This document shows positions 42,815 to 55,499 of a stretch of 64,000 bases of DNA, piece after piece. The translations under genes were made by a program, and so were the position numbers. The first letter of the stretch is position 1; each line of letters starts with the position of its first letter. Under the pieces are notes generated by a model that was not told the origin of the DNA, did not search any database, and saw only the letters and a list, made by a program, of their open reading frames with translations. Origin of the DNA: the human T2T-CHM13v2.0 reference genome, Homo sapiens; the NCBI RefSeq assembly GCF_009914755.1, contig NC_060926.1. One strand, written 5' to 3'.

Positions 42815-43825
42815 CCCACGTAAAAGGAAAACCTGTTTCCTCTCTACTCACACACAGCACTTCACTTCCAACACCAAATGTGTGGGTTTTCTTAACACTC
42901 CAATCAGTTCTCCTATTCTTGGAGGACATCAACTGGGTGTCTTACAATTCAATTCGGTTCTGATCCTATATGACCAGAGTCAGGGTCAGACCCCGTAAGC
43001 TAAGGGCTCAGTCCTACAACACTGCCCCCTCCTCAGATGCCAGGAACGAGACCAGACTGTCACCTGTGCCTCTGACCAAGGCTGTAAATTGGAGGTCCCC
43101 ATGATCTCCCTTTCACGTTCAATGATTTGCTAGAACACTTCACAGGACTTAAGAAAACAGTTCATTTACTAACTTACCAGTTTAATAGAAAAGAATGCAG
43201 CTCAGGGAGAGCGGATGGGAGAGATGCACTGGGCAAGATGTGGGGGAGGGATGTGGAGAATCCACGCCCGCTCTGGTGGGCCCCTGTCCCTGTGTTCGCA
43301 ACAGGCTGGAAGCTCTCTGAACCCTGTCCTTTTGGAGTTTTGTGGAGGCTTCATTAAGCTGGCATGATTGATTAATTCATTGCCCATTGTCGACTGAGTC
43401 AGTCTCCAGTTATTCCCTGCCAAGGAGGTCAGGGAGTAGGGCAGAAAGTTCCAACTCTAATCACAGGGTTGCTTCCCCTGGCAACCAGCCCCATCCTTAG
43501 GGCCTTTCCAAAAGTCCCCTCTTTAACATGAGGGTGTTTGAAGGGGGCTTGTCATGAATAACAAAAGATGTTTGCTTTTCTGGGTTTGTTTTAGAGACAG
43601 AGTCTAGCTTGGTTGCCCAGGCTAGTCTCACACTCGGGCCCCAAGTGATCCTTCAGCCTCAGCCTCCCAGGTAGCTGGGATTACAGGTGCCCGCCATCTC
43701 ACTTGGCTAAAAAATGTTTGTTTAACCTTTATGGCTCCAGTTGCTTTGGAAATTATAAGGATTTTAGAAGCTCTGGCCAGGAATCAGGAATGCTGACCAA
43801 ATATATATATTACTTATTATATCAC
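42815..43825 (-). mobile_element. MER21-family LTR
   Basis: caactgggtgtcttacaattcaattc, taagggctcagtcc, accaaatatatat..ttatatcaca terminus. Confidence 0.85.
43579..43708 (-). mobile_element. FLAM (monomeric Alu) nested in MER21
   Basis: Single left-arm monomer; TSD aaaa(g/a)atgtttg(c/t)tt. Confidence 0.8.
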
Positions 43826-44276
43826 AATACCCCACCAGGTGTTCAAACACACACATTCACCTCCCGTAAACATACACCTAGAACAGAAACAAACTTCACA
43901 AAACAATAGTTCCTCTTAATCCGTGTAATGCCCCCAGTATTGCTATTCTATTCATCAGCCATGCCACCTATAGTTCATAAAACACTAACGTGAGTAACCT
44001 GAAGGACAAAGTTAGGCGCCTCTAGTATTTCATATGTGGTTTGTCACAACCTGATACCAAATTATTATTATTTTTAGAATAATTTCTTCCCCATGCAGAC
44101 TTAAACTCTAACTACCAGGGACTAAACTGGTTCTTCCAAAAATGCAACATACATTCCAATTTCTATCTTTACCATACACTTGTCCCTCCCATCCACTTAC
44201 CCCACCAAATAGCTCGCCTGATGAGACCCTAGTGCCATTCCAGACCCAGCTCAAAGATCTCTTCCATGAGGAGCCC

Positions 44277-44467
44277 CATTGCCCTGGCCTCTAACATCTC
44301 CAAACACTTTCCCCACTGATAACTTTAAACTTACTTTAAAGATTAAAATAATGCATGATCTCATATTTTTCATTGCCCTGGCCTCTAACATCTCCAAACA
44401 CTTTCCCCATTGATAACCTTAAACTTACTTTAAAGATTAAAATAATGCATGATCTCATATTTTTCAT
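44277..44467. repeat. 94-bp tandem duplication, 2 mismatches
   Basis: 44277-44370 matches 44371-44464; cat microhomology at the junctions. Confidence 0.97.
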
Positions 44468-44523
44468 GTTAAAATAATACACACTCTAATATTTTTTAAG
44501 TATGATGCATAGACATAAAACAA

Positions 44524-45560
44524 TGTGATATAATGAATAATATGTCTGGTCTTTGTTCCCAGCTCCCAGTTCCTGGCACAAAGCTTCAATAAACCTTGGT
44601 ATTTCCTAAGTGATAGGAGTGTCCTTTGTTATTCGAATGAAACCTCTGTTGACCTCGCCTGAATGGATGCTAATGAGGCGGGACCTTAGATAGTTTCATG
44701 GGAGGGGCTGGCCATAGCCAGGACAAAAAGACCAAGAACCAAGAACCTAACCAGAGTTTTGGAACTTTCAGCCCCATGCCCTGACCTCTGGGGAAGGGAA
44801 GGAGGCAGAAGATGGAGTTTAATCACATAGTCAATAACTTAATCAATTGTGCCTAGATAACAAAACTCCAAATAAGAGCTCTGAATGCCAAAGCCTAAGG
44901 AAGCTTCCTGTTTGGTGAACAGGTCCACATGCTGATACAAACTCCAGGCAGTTAGTGTTAGAGCTGAAGGACACTATTCCTGGAGCCTAAAGAACCATAG
45001 TGATTGATGGTTCTTGGGAGCATGATGGACCCGATTCCACAGGGAAAAGTCGGGAAGATCTGTGCCAACCACCTGGACCCTCAAGACCTTGCCCTGTGTA
45101 TCCCTTCCTCTGACTGTCCATCTGCATCCTTTAAAATAAAACTGTAATTGTAAGTATAGTGCTTTCTTGAGTTCTGAATTGTTCTACAGAATTAATAAAC
45201 CTAAGGTGAGGATCTTGAGAACCCCCAAATTTGTAGCGAAGTCAGACAGAAATGCAAGTAGCCTGGGGACCCCATTTGCAGAGGGCTTCTTAAGGAAGGG
45301 CAGTCTTGTTGGGGACTTGCTCTTTAATTTATGGGATCTGATACAAACTCCAGGCAGTTAGTGTCAGAACTGAAGGACTTTGCCCTTAACTCACGGGGTC
45401 TGAGCTTGGGACCCAATAGGAACTCCAGGCAGTTAGTGTCAGAGCTGAAGGACTTTGCCCTTACCCTGTAGGGTCTGAGCTTATTCTGGCTAGTTAGTGT
45501 CAGAATGGAATTGAATGGTAGGACATCCAGTTGATGACAGAGGATTGGTTTTGGAACTGC
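44524..45560 (+). mobile_element. MER21C-like LTR with internal duplications
   Basis: tgtgatataat start, taaaactgtaattgtaagtatagtgctttc, tagttagtgtcagaat.gaattgaat. Confidence 0.85.
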
Positions 45561-45564
45561 AGAC

Positions 45565-45715
45565 GTTCTCATCTCCTGGAATGCTAACAAAAACTCAGAC
45601 CCCAGATCTTGAGGATCAGATAATCTGTGCCAGGGAATCCTCATTTTAGGGAGTACATAAATGATACTCATACACATTAAAATTTGAAAACCACTGACAT
45701 ACTTGTTAAAGCACA
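45565..45715. mobile_element. MER5-like hAT-Charlie MITE fragment
   Basis: aaaatttgaaaaccactg terminus. Confidence 0.5.
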
Positions 45716-45876
45716 CCTGTAAAATACAGGCAAGGAGAGTGAAATGAAAAGTAATCCCAATCCCATCGGGGTACATTTCTTTCTAGAAGCTCCGTGTAAG
45801 TGTTTTTGTTATGGTCTGGTTCATCCTATCTGTTTAGTATTATGCTCTGCTTTTTCCCTTTGACATCATATCAGAA

Positions 45877-46174
45877 TTTTTTTTTTTTTTTTTGAAACGG
45901 AATCTCACTCTGTTGCCCAGGCTGGAGTGCAGTGGTGCGATCTTGGCTCACTGCAACCTCCGCCTCCGAGGTTCAAGCAATTCTCTGGCTCAGCCTCCCG
46001 AGTAGCTGGGATTACAGGTGCCTGCCACCACGCCCGGCTAATTTTTTTTTATTTTTAGTAGAGACAGGGTTTCACCATCTTGGCTAGGCTGGTCTCGAAC
46101 TCCTGACCTTGTGATCTACCTGCCTCGGCCTCCCAAAGTGCTGAGATTACAGGCATGAGCCACCGTGCCCAGCC
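45877..46174 (-). mobile_element. AluSg/Sx-like
   Basis: Full dimer; flanks cagaa(a)ttttttt. Confidence 0.95.
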
Positions 46175-46179
46175 CAGAA

Positions 46180-47070
46180 ATTTTTTTTGTAATGTTAGAC
46201 TCTTTTAAAATATAATAATTGCTTTTGCAAAACACTGTGTTTCCTTAACTGTTCTGTCTCTTTGGGAGGTGCTTACAATATTTTCAGTTTGTCATTATTA
46301 TTAAGTATATATTGTGATGAAAATCTTTCTCTCTGAAGGTTTTACAGTATTTGTTTTTATTAACTTAGGATTCCCCAAAGTTAGAGTACTTGCTCTGTCC
46401 CCACAGATGGTTTCAGACCTCCGAATAAACATCGCACTGGCAACCTACAAGACCATGTTTATATACCTTCTCTGGCAACAATGTTTATTTTTTTAAACTT
46501 TGTTAACTTGATAGGTCAAAATGGTATGTAATTATTTTAATTGTATTTATTCCATCCTTAATGCTGCAGGAAATTTTCCCAAGTATTTGTTTACTAATTG
46601 CATTTCCTTTTGTGAATTCCTGGTTCATAACCCCCAACCCTTGGGGTTGGAAGAACGTTGGTAATTTGCTGTGAAATGAGCCCTCTGCCTGCATCTTTGC
46701 TACAGTTGTGTTTTGCATTCCATTTGCTATAAAAATTATGTTTAAAAAATTATGTCGTATTTTTAATGTATTGGCATTTAAAGTTATTATCCGGACAATT
46801 TTTTTCTTGGTGACTTATTCTACTGCCTTGAAATTTAGAAGGTCCAGTCTACTCCAGAAATTGGGTATTTGATTTTTGTTTTCTTGTAGTCCTGCTGATT
46901 TTTTTTTTTAAAGATAGATGATTAAATATGTCCCTCTTCAATCCACCTAGAGTGTATTTTGGCATACGGTATAAGGTAATCTAAGCAAGTTATTTTTCTA
47001 GGTATTATTGTTTTAAAATTATCTGTTGAAAGCTCTTTCCCTTCCTCTGTCATATCCTGGGAGAATTGGT
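46180..47070 (-). mobile_element. Old L1M fragments
   Basis: T-rich; ttcaatccacctagagtgtattttggcatacggtataaggta. Confidence 0.55.
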
Positions 47071-48497
47071 TCTTTTGGGCCTTGCCATGTTACAGGACAA
47101 CTGTGTGTTTACAGCGTTCCCCGAGGACAGGCCTCTGTTTCATTCCGCTCTGCACCTCTAGAACTCGGCATAGTGCAAAGACCGCCCAGAAAAGTTTGTG
47201 AATGACCATTAAAAACCCATAGAGGAAGAAAGAAGCCATGCCTATGGGGTGGCTACCCCAACAGGCCAGTGATTCCTGGAGGCTGGAGAACCATAGTGCT
47301 TTCACAGAATTAATCATATTTATTCATTTATTTATTTGTATTTCAGCACATGGGATTTATTTTCCCAGGAAAATCTCCATCCATTGGCATGACTGTTTTT
47401 AAGTTGTTATTTTTACATTGCTTATGTGAAATGGATATTTTTAGAAGTTCTCTATTGCCACAAATGGAAGAAAATGGTGAAGTCTTGAAGATTGCTTGTG
47501 ATCTCATTTTATTGCACTCACATTCTCTGTTGGTGAGAAAAACGTGCTTTCCATCATACTAAGGCCCTCCACTGAACTTGCAGACTCCACTAGAGCCCAG
47601 AGAATGCAGGGCTGCTCTTCCAGTTCAGATTCACGTCATCTCACAGGCTTCTCATGGCCCCCAGGAAGTCTAGGTCTCTTGTACCACTTGACTTGACATC
47701 GTCATTTGACTTGTGAGATTCTCAAGCCTTTATGGACAGGGTCAGCTTTCCTATATCTCTTCTCTTCTTAGACTAAAAATGCAGAGAGATTCCTGCCTCT
47801 CTCCCAAAGCGTGGCCAGCTGTCTCATGGGGGACTTGAAGGTTGGTGTCCCCCAGAGTCGACTGGACTTCACCCTTCTTTCTTCCCTCTCCATGGATTAC
47901 TGCTGAGGGTCTCTTCTGTTCCCTCGCCTTGCCATGTATAGTGGCTGATGACGCCTGGCTCTCCATCAGGGAAGGGACTGGGAGAGGTGAGTGAGAAGCC
48001 TCAGCTTCCCTCTTAGGCTCTGCCTGTTGCACAGTCTGAGATAAATGTGCCAAGTTTTGTTTGTCCTTCCTCTGATGTGTTCCTTGATTCTGTTTCCTTA
48101 TTTCATTCCCATCACCATGACTTTAGTCAAGCCATTGTTACCTGTCACTGCAACTCAACTCCATAACTCAGTGAGTTTTCAAAGGCCCCTAAGGCAGTGG
48201 ATCCCAGTTTTGAAGGTGAGGAGCAAAATGCATTTTGAGAAAGTGTGTTGTGTGTAATGTTTGGATAATGAGATAAGTTACACATTGTGCTGGGGACATA
48301 GATTCCAGGTACTAAGCTTGAGAGAAACGGCTTGGCTGACAGCTGCAGATACTTGTGCACGCGTGGGGAGGGGAACTGTGCAGCACCCCACTGTCTTCAG
48401 TGAGGCTGGGTGAGGCTGCACCTGATTTCTATGTTTACTAAAAAGGGCACGGAGTATAAAAGGCTGAGAAACACCGCTCGAACCAATCTGTCTGTCT

Positions 48498-48960
48498 TCA
48501 TTTCTTTATTTAATTCAATAAACATGGGTTGAGGGTCTGGGTTATTCCGGAAGATGCCAGGGTTAAGGATGCAGGTATTAAGAAGACATGGCCCCTCTTA
48601 GGAGGGGCCTTCTAGGAGACACCATCTCTGGGGAGAGGCTGTGGTCAGCTGCAGATTCACTGCATGGGATCTGTGCTCCATCCAGGGGCATGTCAAGGAG
48701 AGCCCCTAACCCAAGCGGCACATCCAGAGCTTCCTGATGAGGGGCTGCCCAAGTGGGCTGTGAAGGGTGGGAGTGGTAGCAGGTTGGGGCCATCTCAGAT
48801 TGTTCTGAAGACCCCCAGTGAGGGAGAAGCAGGCCTGGGAGCAGGTGGGGGCATCTGGTACATGTGCAGGAAGGAGGGTGCTGGGGTGGGCTGCTCAGAT
48901 GACCTGGAGCTTTGTGGGCCATTTTAGAAAGAGAAGCCTACTCCTCATGGTGGGATTGGA
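48498..48960 (-). mobile_element. L2 3' fragment
   Basis: ttcatttctttatttaattcaataaacat..aagacatggcccct..gcttcctga.gagg. Confidence 0.6.
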
Positions 48961-49179
48961 AGCTCCCTGTGGGGCTGGAAGAAGGGGAGCCCATCTCTGA
49001 AAGCCAGGGAGAGACCACCTCCAGCCAGCTCTGCCAAAGGCTCCTGTGTCCTGAAGTCTCAGGCTACACTTTAATCCTGAAACAGGTACAGCAGGAACTG
49101 CTCCTGTTCCTGCACCTGCTCTGCCTGATGGGCCATTTCAGAGCAGGGAAGAGAATGTCCTTTATCACTCCCACCTGAC

Positions 49180-49350
49180 CAAATCCTCACCATCCCGTCA
49201 GTGTGACTTGGGGCTGGTCACTTAACCTCTCTGAGCACCAGTGTTTTCATTTGTGAAATGAGGATAGAATAACCAGTCTCAAAGTCACTGGCTCTGGCAC
49301 GTAGTAGGTACTAAGTAGGTGAGAATTGCAATTATTATTATTATCATTAA
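49180..49350 (+). mobile_element. MIR
   Basis: tgtgacttgg..gtcacttaacctctctgagc.ccagt..tcatttgtgaaatgaggata core. Confidence 0.85.
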
Positions 49351-49699
49351 TTGTTATTAATGACTGTGATTGTCACTGTTTCTATTTATATTTTTGTCTT
49401 TTCTGCCAGTCACTGGGTTCTAGAGACAAGGGGAGGGCTGGCCCCAGGACAGAAACCTCAGAAAGAATTCTCCAGTCTTGGAGTTGTGGACTTGAATTTC
49501 ATTTCTTCTGTTAGGAACACAGGACTAAGTCAGAAGAGTAGGGAGATAGATATATTCTGAGCCAAATGTCACGGAATTTCAGAGCTGAGGATGGCCAAGG
49601 GTACACGGTGAACAGAGGCCATGGAAGGATGCATGCCAGAGTCTCTACCCCTCTGCATATAGCCTGTAATTGCTTTAGATTTTCACTAGTAGTTTTATA

Positions 49700-49815
49700 C
49701 CATGCATGTGTATCAGTGGGCAAGTCGCTCTCTGCTGTGAACCTCTGTTTCTTTGTCTATAAAATGGAAATTATGGGCCAAATGATTTGCAAGAGCCCCG
49801 TCCACTGCTGCTCTA
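49700..49815 (+). mobile_element. MIR fragment
   Basis: gggcaagtc..tgaacctctgtttctttgtctataaaatgg. Confidence 0.7.
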
Positions 49816-51348
49816 AGACCAGCAGGAATCACTAGATGGGGAATCCCAGTCCTCTCCATCTCTTCATTGGCTAGTATCAGGGATCCATGAGTCAGTAGGT
49901 TGACAAATGCCCCCTTAAACACCAAGTCCTAAACCAAGGGCTCCATGTTCCCAGACAGAGATGCCATTAGCAGCTTCTCTCTGCCAGCACCCCAGACAGG
50001 TGCATGCATTTTCCTACTGACATAAAACTCATGGTCAGGACCTACCTCACTGCCCCATTCTCATCTAAAAGGAATTTGACCAAGGATGGTGTCACTGGCA
50101 TTAAGCTTCTCATGTGGGCCAAGAGATAAAAAGTTCACAGACTCAGCTGCAAGTTACATCCTGTTTGGCACTGTGGGAAATCACTGGGTTTAGGAACTTA
50201 TTTCTCACCCTGAACCTCTTTCAGGAAATGATGTTGTCCTTTTTGATGCCCTGGCTACAAAATGCAATGGGGATTCCATTGCACTGTAGTTCTGCTACCT
50301 TCTCAGAGTTAAACCTGATGGGAAGAACACCAATCTTATCTTACTGGAAAAAAACACATTACCTAATAGGAAAGCCCTGGGAACAATTGAGAAATTTCCG
50401 AACTCAGTGGAGAATCCAAAATATAAATTGACGCTGGTATGTGGAGATCAACTCATGCCACCTCATTTCCTTTGGAGATGAAGAAAGCGTGGCACAGGAC
50501 ATGCACTCAAATGCTGTGTGGTGATCATTTTCAGAGTGAACACAGGCCAATGCTTTTCCCTTCCTGTTTCCCTCAACTGTGATTATTCATGAGTTAAATG
50601 CAGGGGAGGCCTTCTTCTTGTCTCCACAGACCAGCATTTCTGGCCGAGCTTGATATTTCTGGCTATCGCTATACAGGTAGTAGGTAGCTACTACATGACA
50701 GGGAACATGACCTGTTGTAACAAGTTTCATTTTACCATTTATTGAGTATTTTTATAAAACGCTACTCTTTCCCTTTGAATCAAAGAAGGTAACAAAGACC
50801 TGAGTAACCTTGCTGGTGATGGGACTTGTGCATCTGAAAAGTCTGAGCTTCATTCATTCATCCCTCAAGCAGCATGCACTTACCAGGCAGGTGCCATGTG
50901 TTAGACACTGCCTTCCTCCATGGCCTCTGGCTGGACTTTGATCTCTTCCTGGCATCTGAGCCATAGTCTTCTGCTTATGCTCAGTTCTTAGAACTGCACC
51001 AATACAGAGAAAGCATTGAGCAGATGCTTTTTGAATGAATGGAATTTAAATGAATAAATGATACATGACCTTTTGTCTTGGTGACCCACCCTTCCCCAAC
51101 CCTGAGTCCTGTTAGTTCTAGTGTCCTGCCCCAGCTCCACCAAGTGACCCACCATTGGGACAGGCAGTTGGAGATTCTGAGCAGTAGTTCTTGCTTTGTT
51201 CCCTGAGGATGTGCAGGGCCACCCTCTGGTTGGTAGGAGTCCCTGAACAACCCATCCACAGACCTCTCCAAATCTCTCACCAGTAAGCTTGCTCTAGACC
51301 TTGGTCTCTGCTCTGAGCATCCTGGGGGACTGAATCCCATTCTTGAGA

Positions 51349-52956
51349 GCCCCTCCCGAATCTCATGTCCTCACATTTCAAAACATAATTATGCCTTTCC
51401 AACAGTCCCCCAAAGTCTTAACTCATTCCAGCATTAACCCAAAAGTCTAAGTTCAAAATCTCATCTGAGACAAGGCAAGCCCCTTCAGCCTATGAGCCTG
51501 TAAAATCAAAAGCAAGTTAGTTACTTCCAAGTTACAGTGGGAGTACAGGCACTGGGTAAATGCTTCCATTCCAAATGGAAGAAATTGGCCAAAACAAAAG
51601 GACCACAGGCCCCATGTAAGTCTGAAACATGGCTGGACAGTCACTAAATCTTAAAGCTCTAAAATCTCCTCTGACTCCATGTCTCACATCCAGGCATGCT
51701 GATGCAAGGGGTGGGCTCCCACAGCCTGGGCAGCCCTATTCTGTGGCTCTGCAGGGTACAGTCCCTGCAGCTGCTTTCATGGGCTGGCGTTGAGTGCCTG
51801 CAGCTTTTCCAGGTGCATGGTGCAAGCTGTCAGTGGATCTACCAGTCTGGATTCTGGAGGATTGTGGCCTCCTTCTCACAGCTCCACTAGGCAGTGCCCC
51901 AGTGGGGACTCTGTGTGGAGGTTCACACACCACATTTTCCTTCTGGACTGCACTAGCAGATGTTCTCTATGAGGGCTCCACCCCTGCAGCAGGCTTCTTC
52001 CTGGCATCAAGGCATTTCCATACATGTTCAGAAACTTAAACAGAGGTCCTCAAAGCTCAACTCTTGTCTTCTGCACACCTGCAAGCCCAACATCACATGG
52101 AAGCCACCAAGGCTTGGGGCTTGCACCCTCTGAAGCCATGGCCCAAGCTGCACCTTGTCCTCTTTAGCCATGGTTGGAGCTGGAGTGGCTGGAATGCAGG
52201 GCACCAAGTCCCAAGGCTGCATAGAGCAGTGGGGCCCTGGGCCTGGCCCATGAAACCATTTTTCCCTCCTAAGCCTCCAGGCATGTGATGGGAAGTGCTG
52301 CTTCAAAGATTTCTGACATGCCCTGGAGACATTTTCCCCATTGTCTTGGCTATTAACATTTGGCTGCTTGTTACTTATGCAAATTTCTGCAACAAGCTTG
52401 AATTTATCCCCAGAAAATGGGTTTCTCTTTTCTACTGCGTGGTTAGACTGCTAATTTGTCAAACTTTTATGCTCTGCTTCCCTTTTAAACATAAGTTCAA
52501 ATTTAAAATAATCTCTTTGTGAGTGCATATAACTGTACACTTTCAGGAAAAGCCAGGTCACCTCTTGAATGCTTTGCTGCTTAGAAATTTTTTTCTGCCA
52601 GGAATCCTAAATCACCTCTCTCAAGTTCAAAGTTCCGCAGATCTCTAGGGCAGTGGCAAAATGCCACCAGTTTCTTTGCTAAAGCATAGCAAGAGTGACC
52701 TTTGCTCCAGTTCTCAACAAGTTCCCCATCTCTTCTGAGACTGTCTTAGCGTGGACTTCATTTTTTGTATCACTATCAGCATTTTGGTCAAAACCACTCA
52801 ACAAGTCTCTAGGAAGTTCCAAACTTTTCCACATCTTCCTGTCTTCTTCTGAGCCCTCCAAACTGTTCCATCCTCTGTCTGTTACCCAGTTTCAAATTCT
52901 TTTCCACATTTTCAGGTTATCTTTATAGCAGTACCCCACTGCTGGCACCAATTCTC
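51349..52956 (-). mobile_element. THE1(D)-int internal region, about 1.6 kb
   Basis: caacagtcccccaaagtcttaactcatt, gccctggagacattttccccattgtc; PBS-side aattggtgccagc adjacent to the LTR. Confidence 0.93.
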
Positions 52957-53325
52957 TGTATTACTGTATTCTCATACTGCTATAAAGTTACTGCCTGAGA
53001 CTGGGAAATTTATAAAGAAAGGAGATTTCATTGACTCACAGTTCCACATGGCTTCAGAGGCCTCAGGAAACTTAAAATCTTAGGAGAAGGTGAAGAGAAA
53101 GCAAGGCATGTATTACATGGCTGCAGGGGAGAGAAAGCAGGGGAAACTGCCAAACACTTTAAAAACCATCATGTATCATGAGAACTCCCTCACTGTCATG
53201 AGAACAACATGGGGGAAACTGCCTCCGTGACCCAATCATCTCCCACCAGGTCCCTCCCTTGACACATGGGGATTACAATTTGAAATGAGATTTGGATGGG
53301 GACCCAGAGCCACCAAACCATATCA
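52957..53325 (-). mobile_element. THE1D/MSTA-like 5' LTR of the provirus
   Basis: tgtatt start and caaaccatatca end, contiguous with the int region. Confidence 0.92.
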
Positions 53326-53578
53326 TTGACATTTTAGTCTACTTCCTAGAACCTAATGGGTTGGCATTCAAAAAATCATTATGTAGACCTAGATTATAAA
53401 TGAGGACATCAAAGGGTAAAATTGTGAAGAGATTCACTCTAAGATGCAAAGGCAGTGTCTTTGATGGCTACAGATGCAGCATGGGGTCTTTTGATGCCAA
53501 ATCTCACACAGGTGGACTTAGAGAAGAATGAAAAGATGAAGAAAAATGACGTAGAAAAATGGAGAAGTGAATAATTAT

Positions 53579-53904
53579 TGTACTAGTTAAGGTGCCACCA
53601 GCTGCCTAACAAGTCTCAGAGAACGTCCAATAGAAGATCCCTCACCGAAGTCACTGTGCAATGCAGAGGCCCCTGGTCAGTGGATGGAATTGACTTGCTG
53701 GCTCTACTGTCTTCATTGAGCTTCCCAGGGCTAACTGGGATGTCGACATTCAGGCACCAGTCAAACGAAAAGAGAGGGAGGATGCAGGACTTATAAAGCA
53801 GCCTCCTGGCCATACTTAGCTACAAGGCAGGCTGGGGAACACCATCTACCTGTGTGCCCAGACAGAAAAGGAAGGTGTGGGGCTCAGTCTAGAGTCTTTT
53901 CCAC
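53579..53904 (-). mobile_element. MaLR LTR MLT1J-like
   Basis: ggccatacttagctacaaggcaggctggg..ctgtgtgcccag..ccaca. Confidence 0.65.
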
Positions 53905-54109
53905 AGTCACTGACAGAGTCTGCACTCTGGACTGGGTATTAGAGATAGTCTGAAGCTAATGTATGCCACTGCATCATGTGTGGAAAAATCCTTTACCCTA
54001 CCAACAAGTACTTAGATCCTGGCTGGCTGGTCCCACAGTTCTTACGTTGATGGCATTGATTCTGTGCAACAGCCATGCTGTGTTGAAAACAATGAGGCAC
54101 TCAGTACCA

Positions 54110-54270
54110 GTCATGGCTGAGTCTTACCATCTTGTGACCCTGAGCAAGGTCCTTACTTCTCTGAGCCTCAGTTTCTTCACCTGCAAAAATCAGAATCATG
54201 ACACCTGCATCAAATAGATAAAGGAGAGCATGGCATCTTGTAGGAAGGGGATGCTATGCAAAATAGGAGG
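54110..54270 (+). mobile_element. MIR
   Basis: tgtgaccctgagcaag..tctctgagcctcagtttcttcacctgcaaaa. Confidence 0.8.
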
Positions 54271-54407
54271 AATACTAATTTTATGTTTTACCATGGTTGC
54301 TATTGGGTGGGGGATACAGGTTAAATGCAGCAGAAATGAACAGCAGCAATGAGTGATTCTATTAATACGTATTGATATATTAATATCTCCACTACTTAGT
54401 ACTCAGG

Positions 54408-54766
54408 TGATATGGTTTGGCTCTGTGTCCCCACCCAAATCTCACCTTGAATTGTAATAATCCCCATGCATCAAGGGTGGGACCAGGTGGAGGTAATTGT
54501 ATCATGGGGGTGGTTTCCCCCATGCTGTTCTCATGATAATGAGTGAGTCTCATGAGATCTGATGGTTTCATAAAGCATCTGGCATTTCCCCTGCTTGCAC
54601 TCATTCTCTCTCCTGCCACCCTGTGAAGATGCACCTTCTGCCATGATTGTAAGTTTCCTGAAGCCTGCCCAGCCATGCAGAACTGTGAGTCAATTAAAAC
54701 TTTTTTCTTTATAAATTGCCCAGTCTCACGTATTTCTTCAAAGCAGCGTGAGAACAGACTAATGCA
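54408..54766 (+). mobile_element. THE1D-like solo LTR
   Basis: tgatatggtttggctctgtgtccccaccc start, gactaatgca end, TSD tcagg/ccagg. Confidence 0.93.
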
Positions 54767-54914
54767 CCAGGTATCTAAACTGATAAAACTTATGTTGACC
54801 CCAGACAAATTTCCAGCATGGATTATTATAAAAGTAACTTGGGAGTTGTCAGAAAAGGGGTATGATCAATGAAAGACAATTTGTTTCCATTAAGAGTCAA
54901 TCCTAACAGTTTAA

Positions 54915-55440
<526 letters not shown>

Positions 55441-55499
55441 TAATTTTAGATACTGAACACAAAGTATGTGTTATTAAATAAAAAATGGCAATGACAATG

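Noticed and set aside
51453-52928. ORFs within THE1-int
   Set aside because: Short, fragmented frames of a non-autonomous MaLR internal region; no intact gag-like ORF seen
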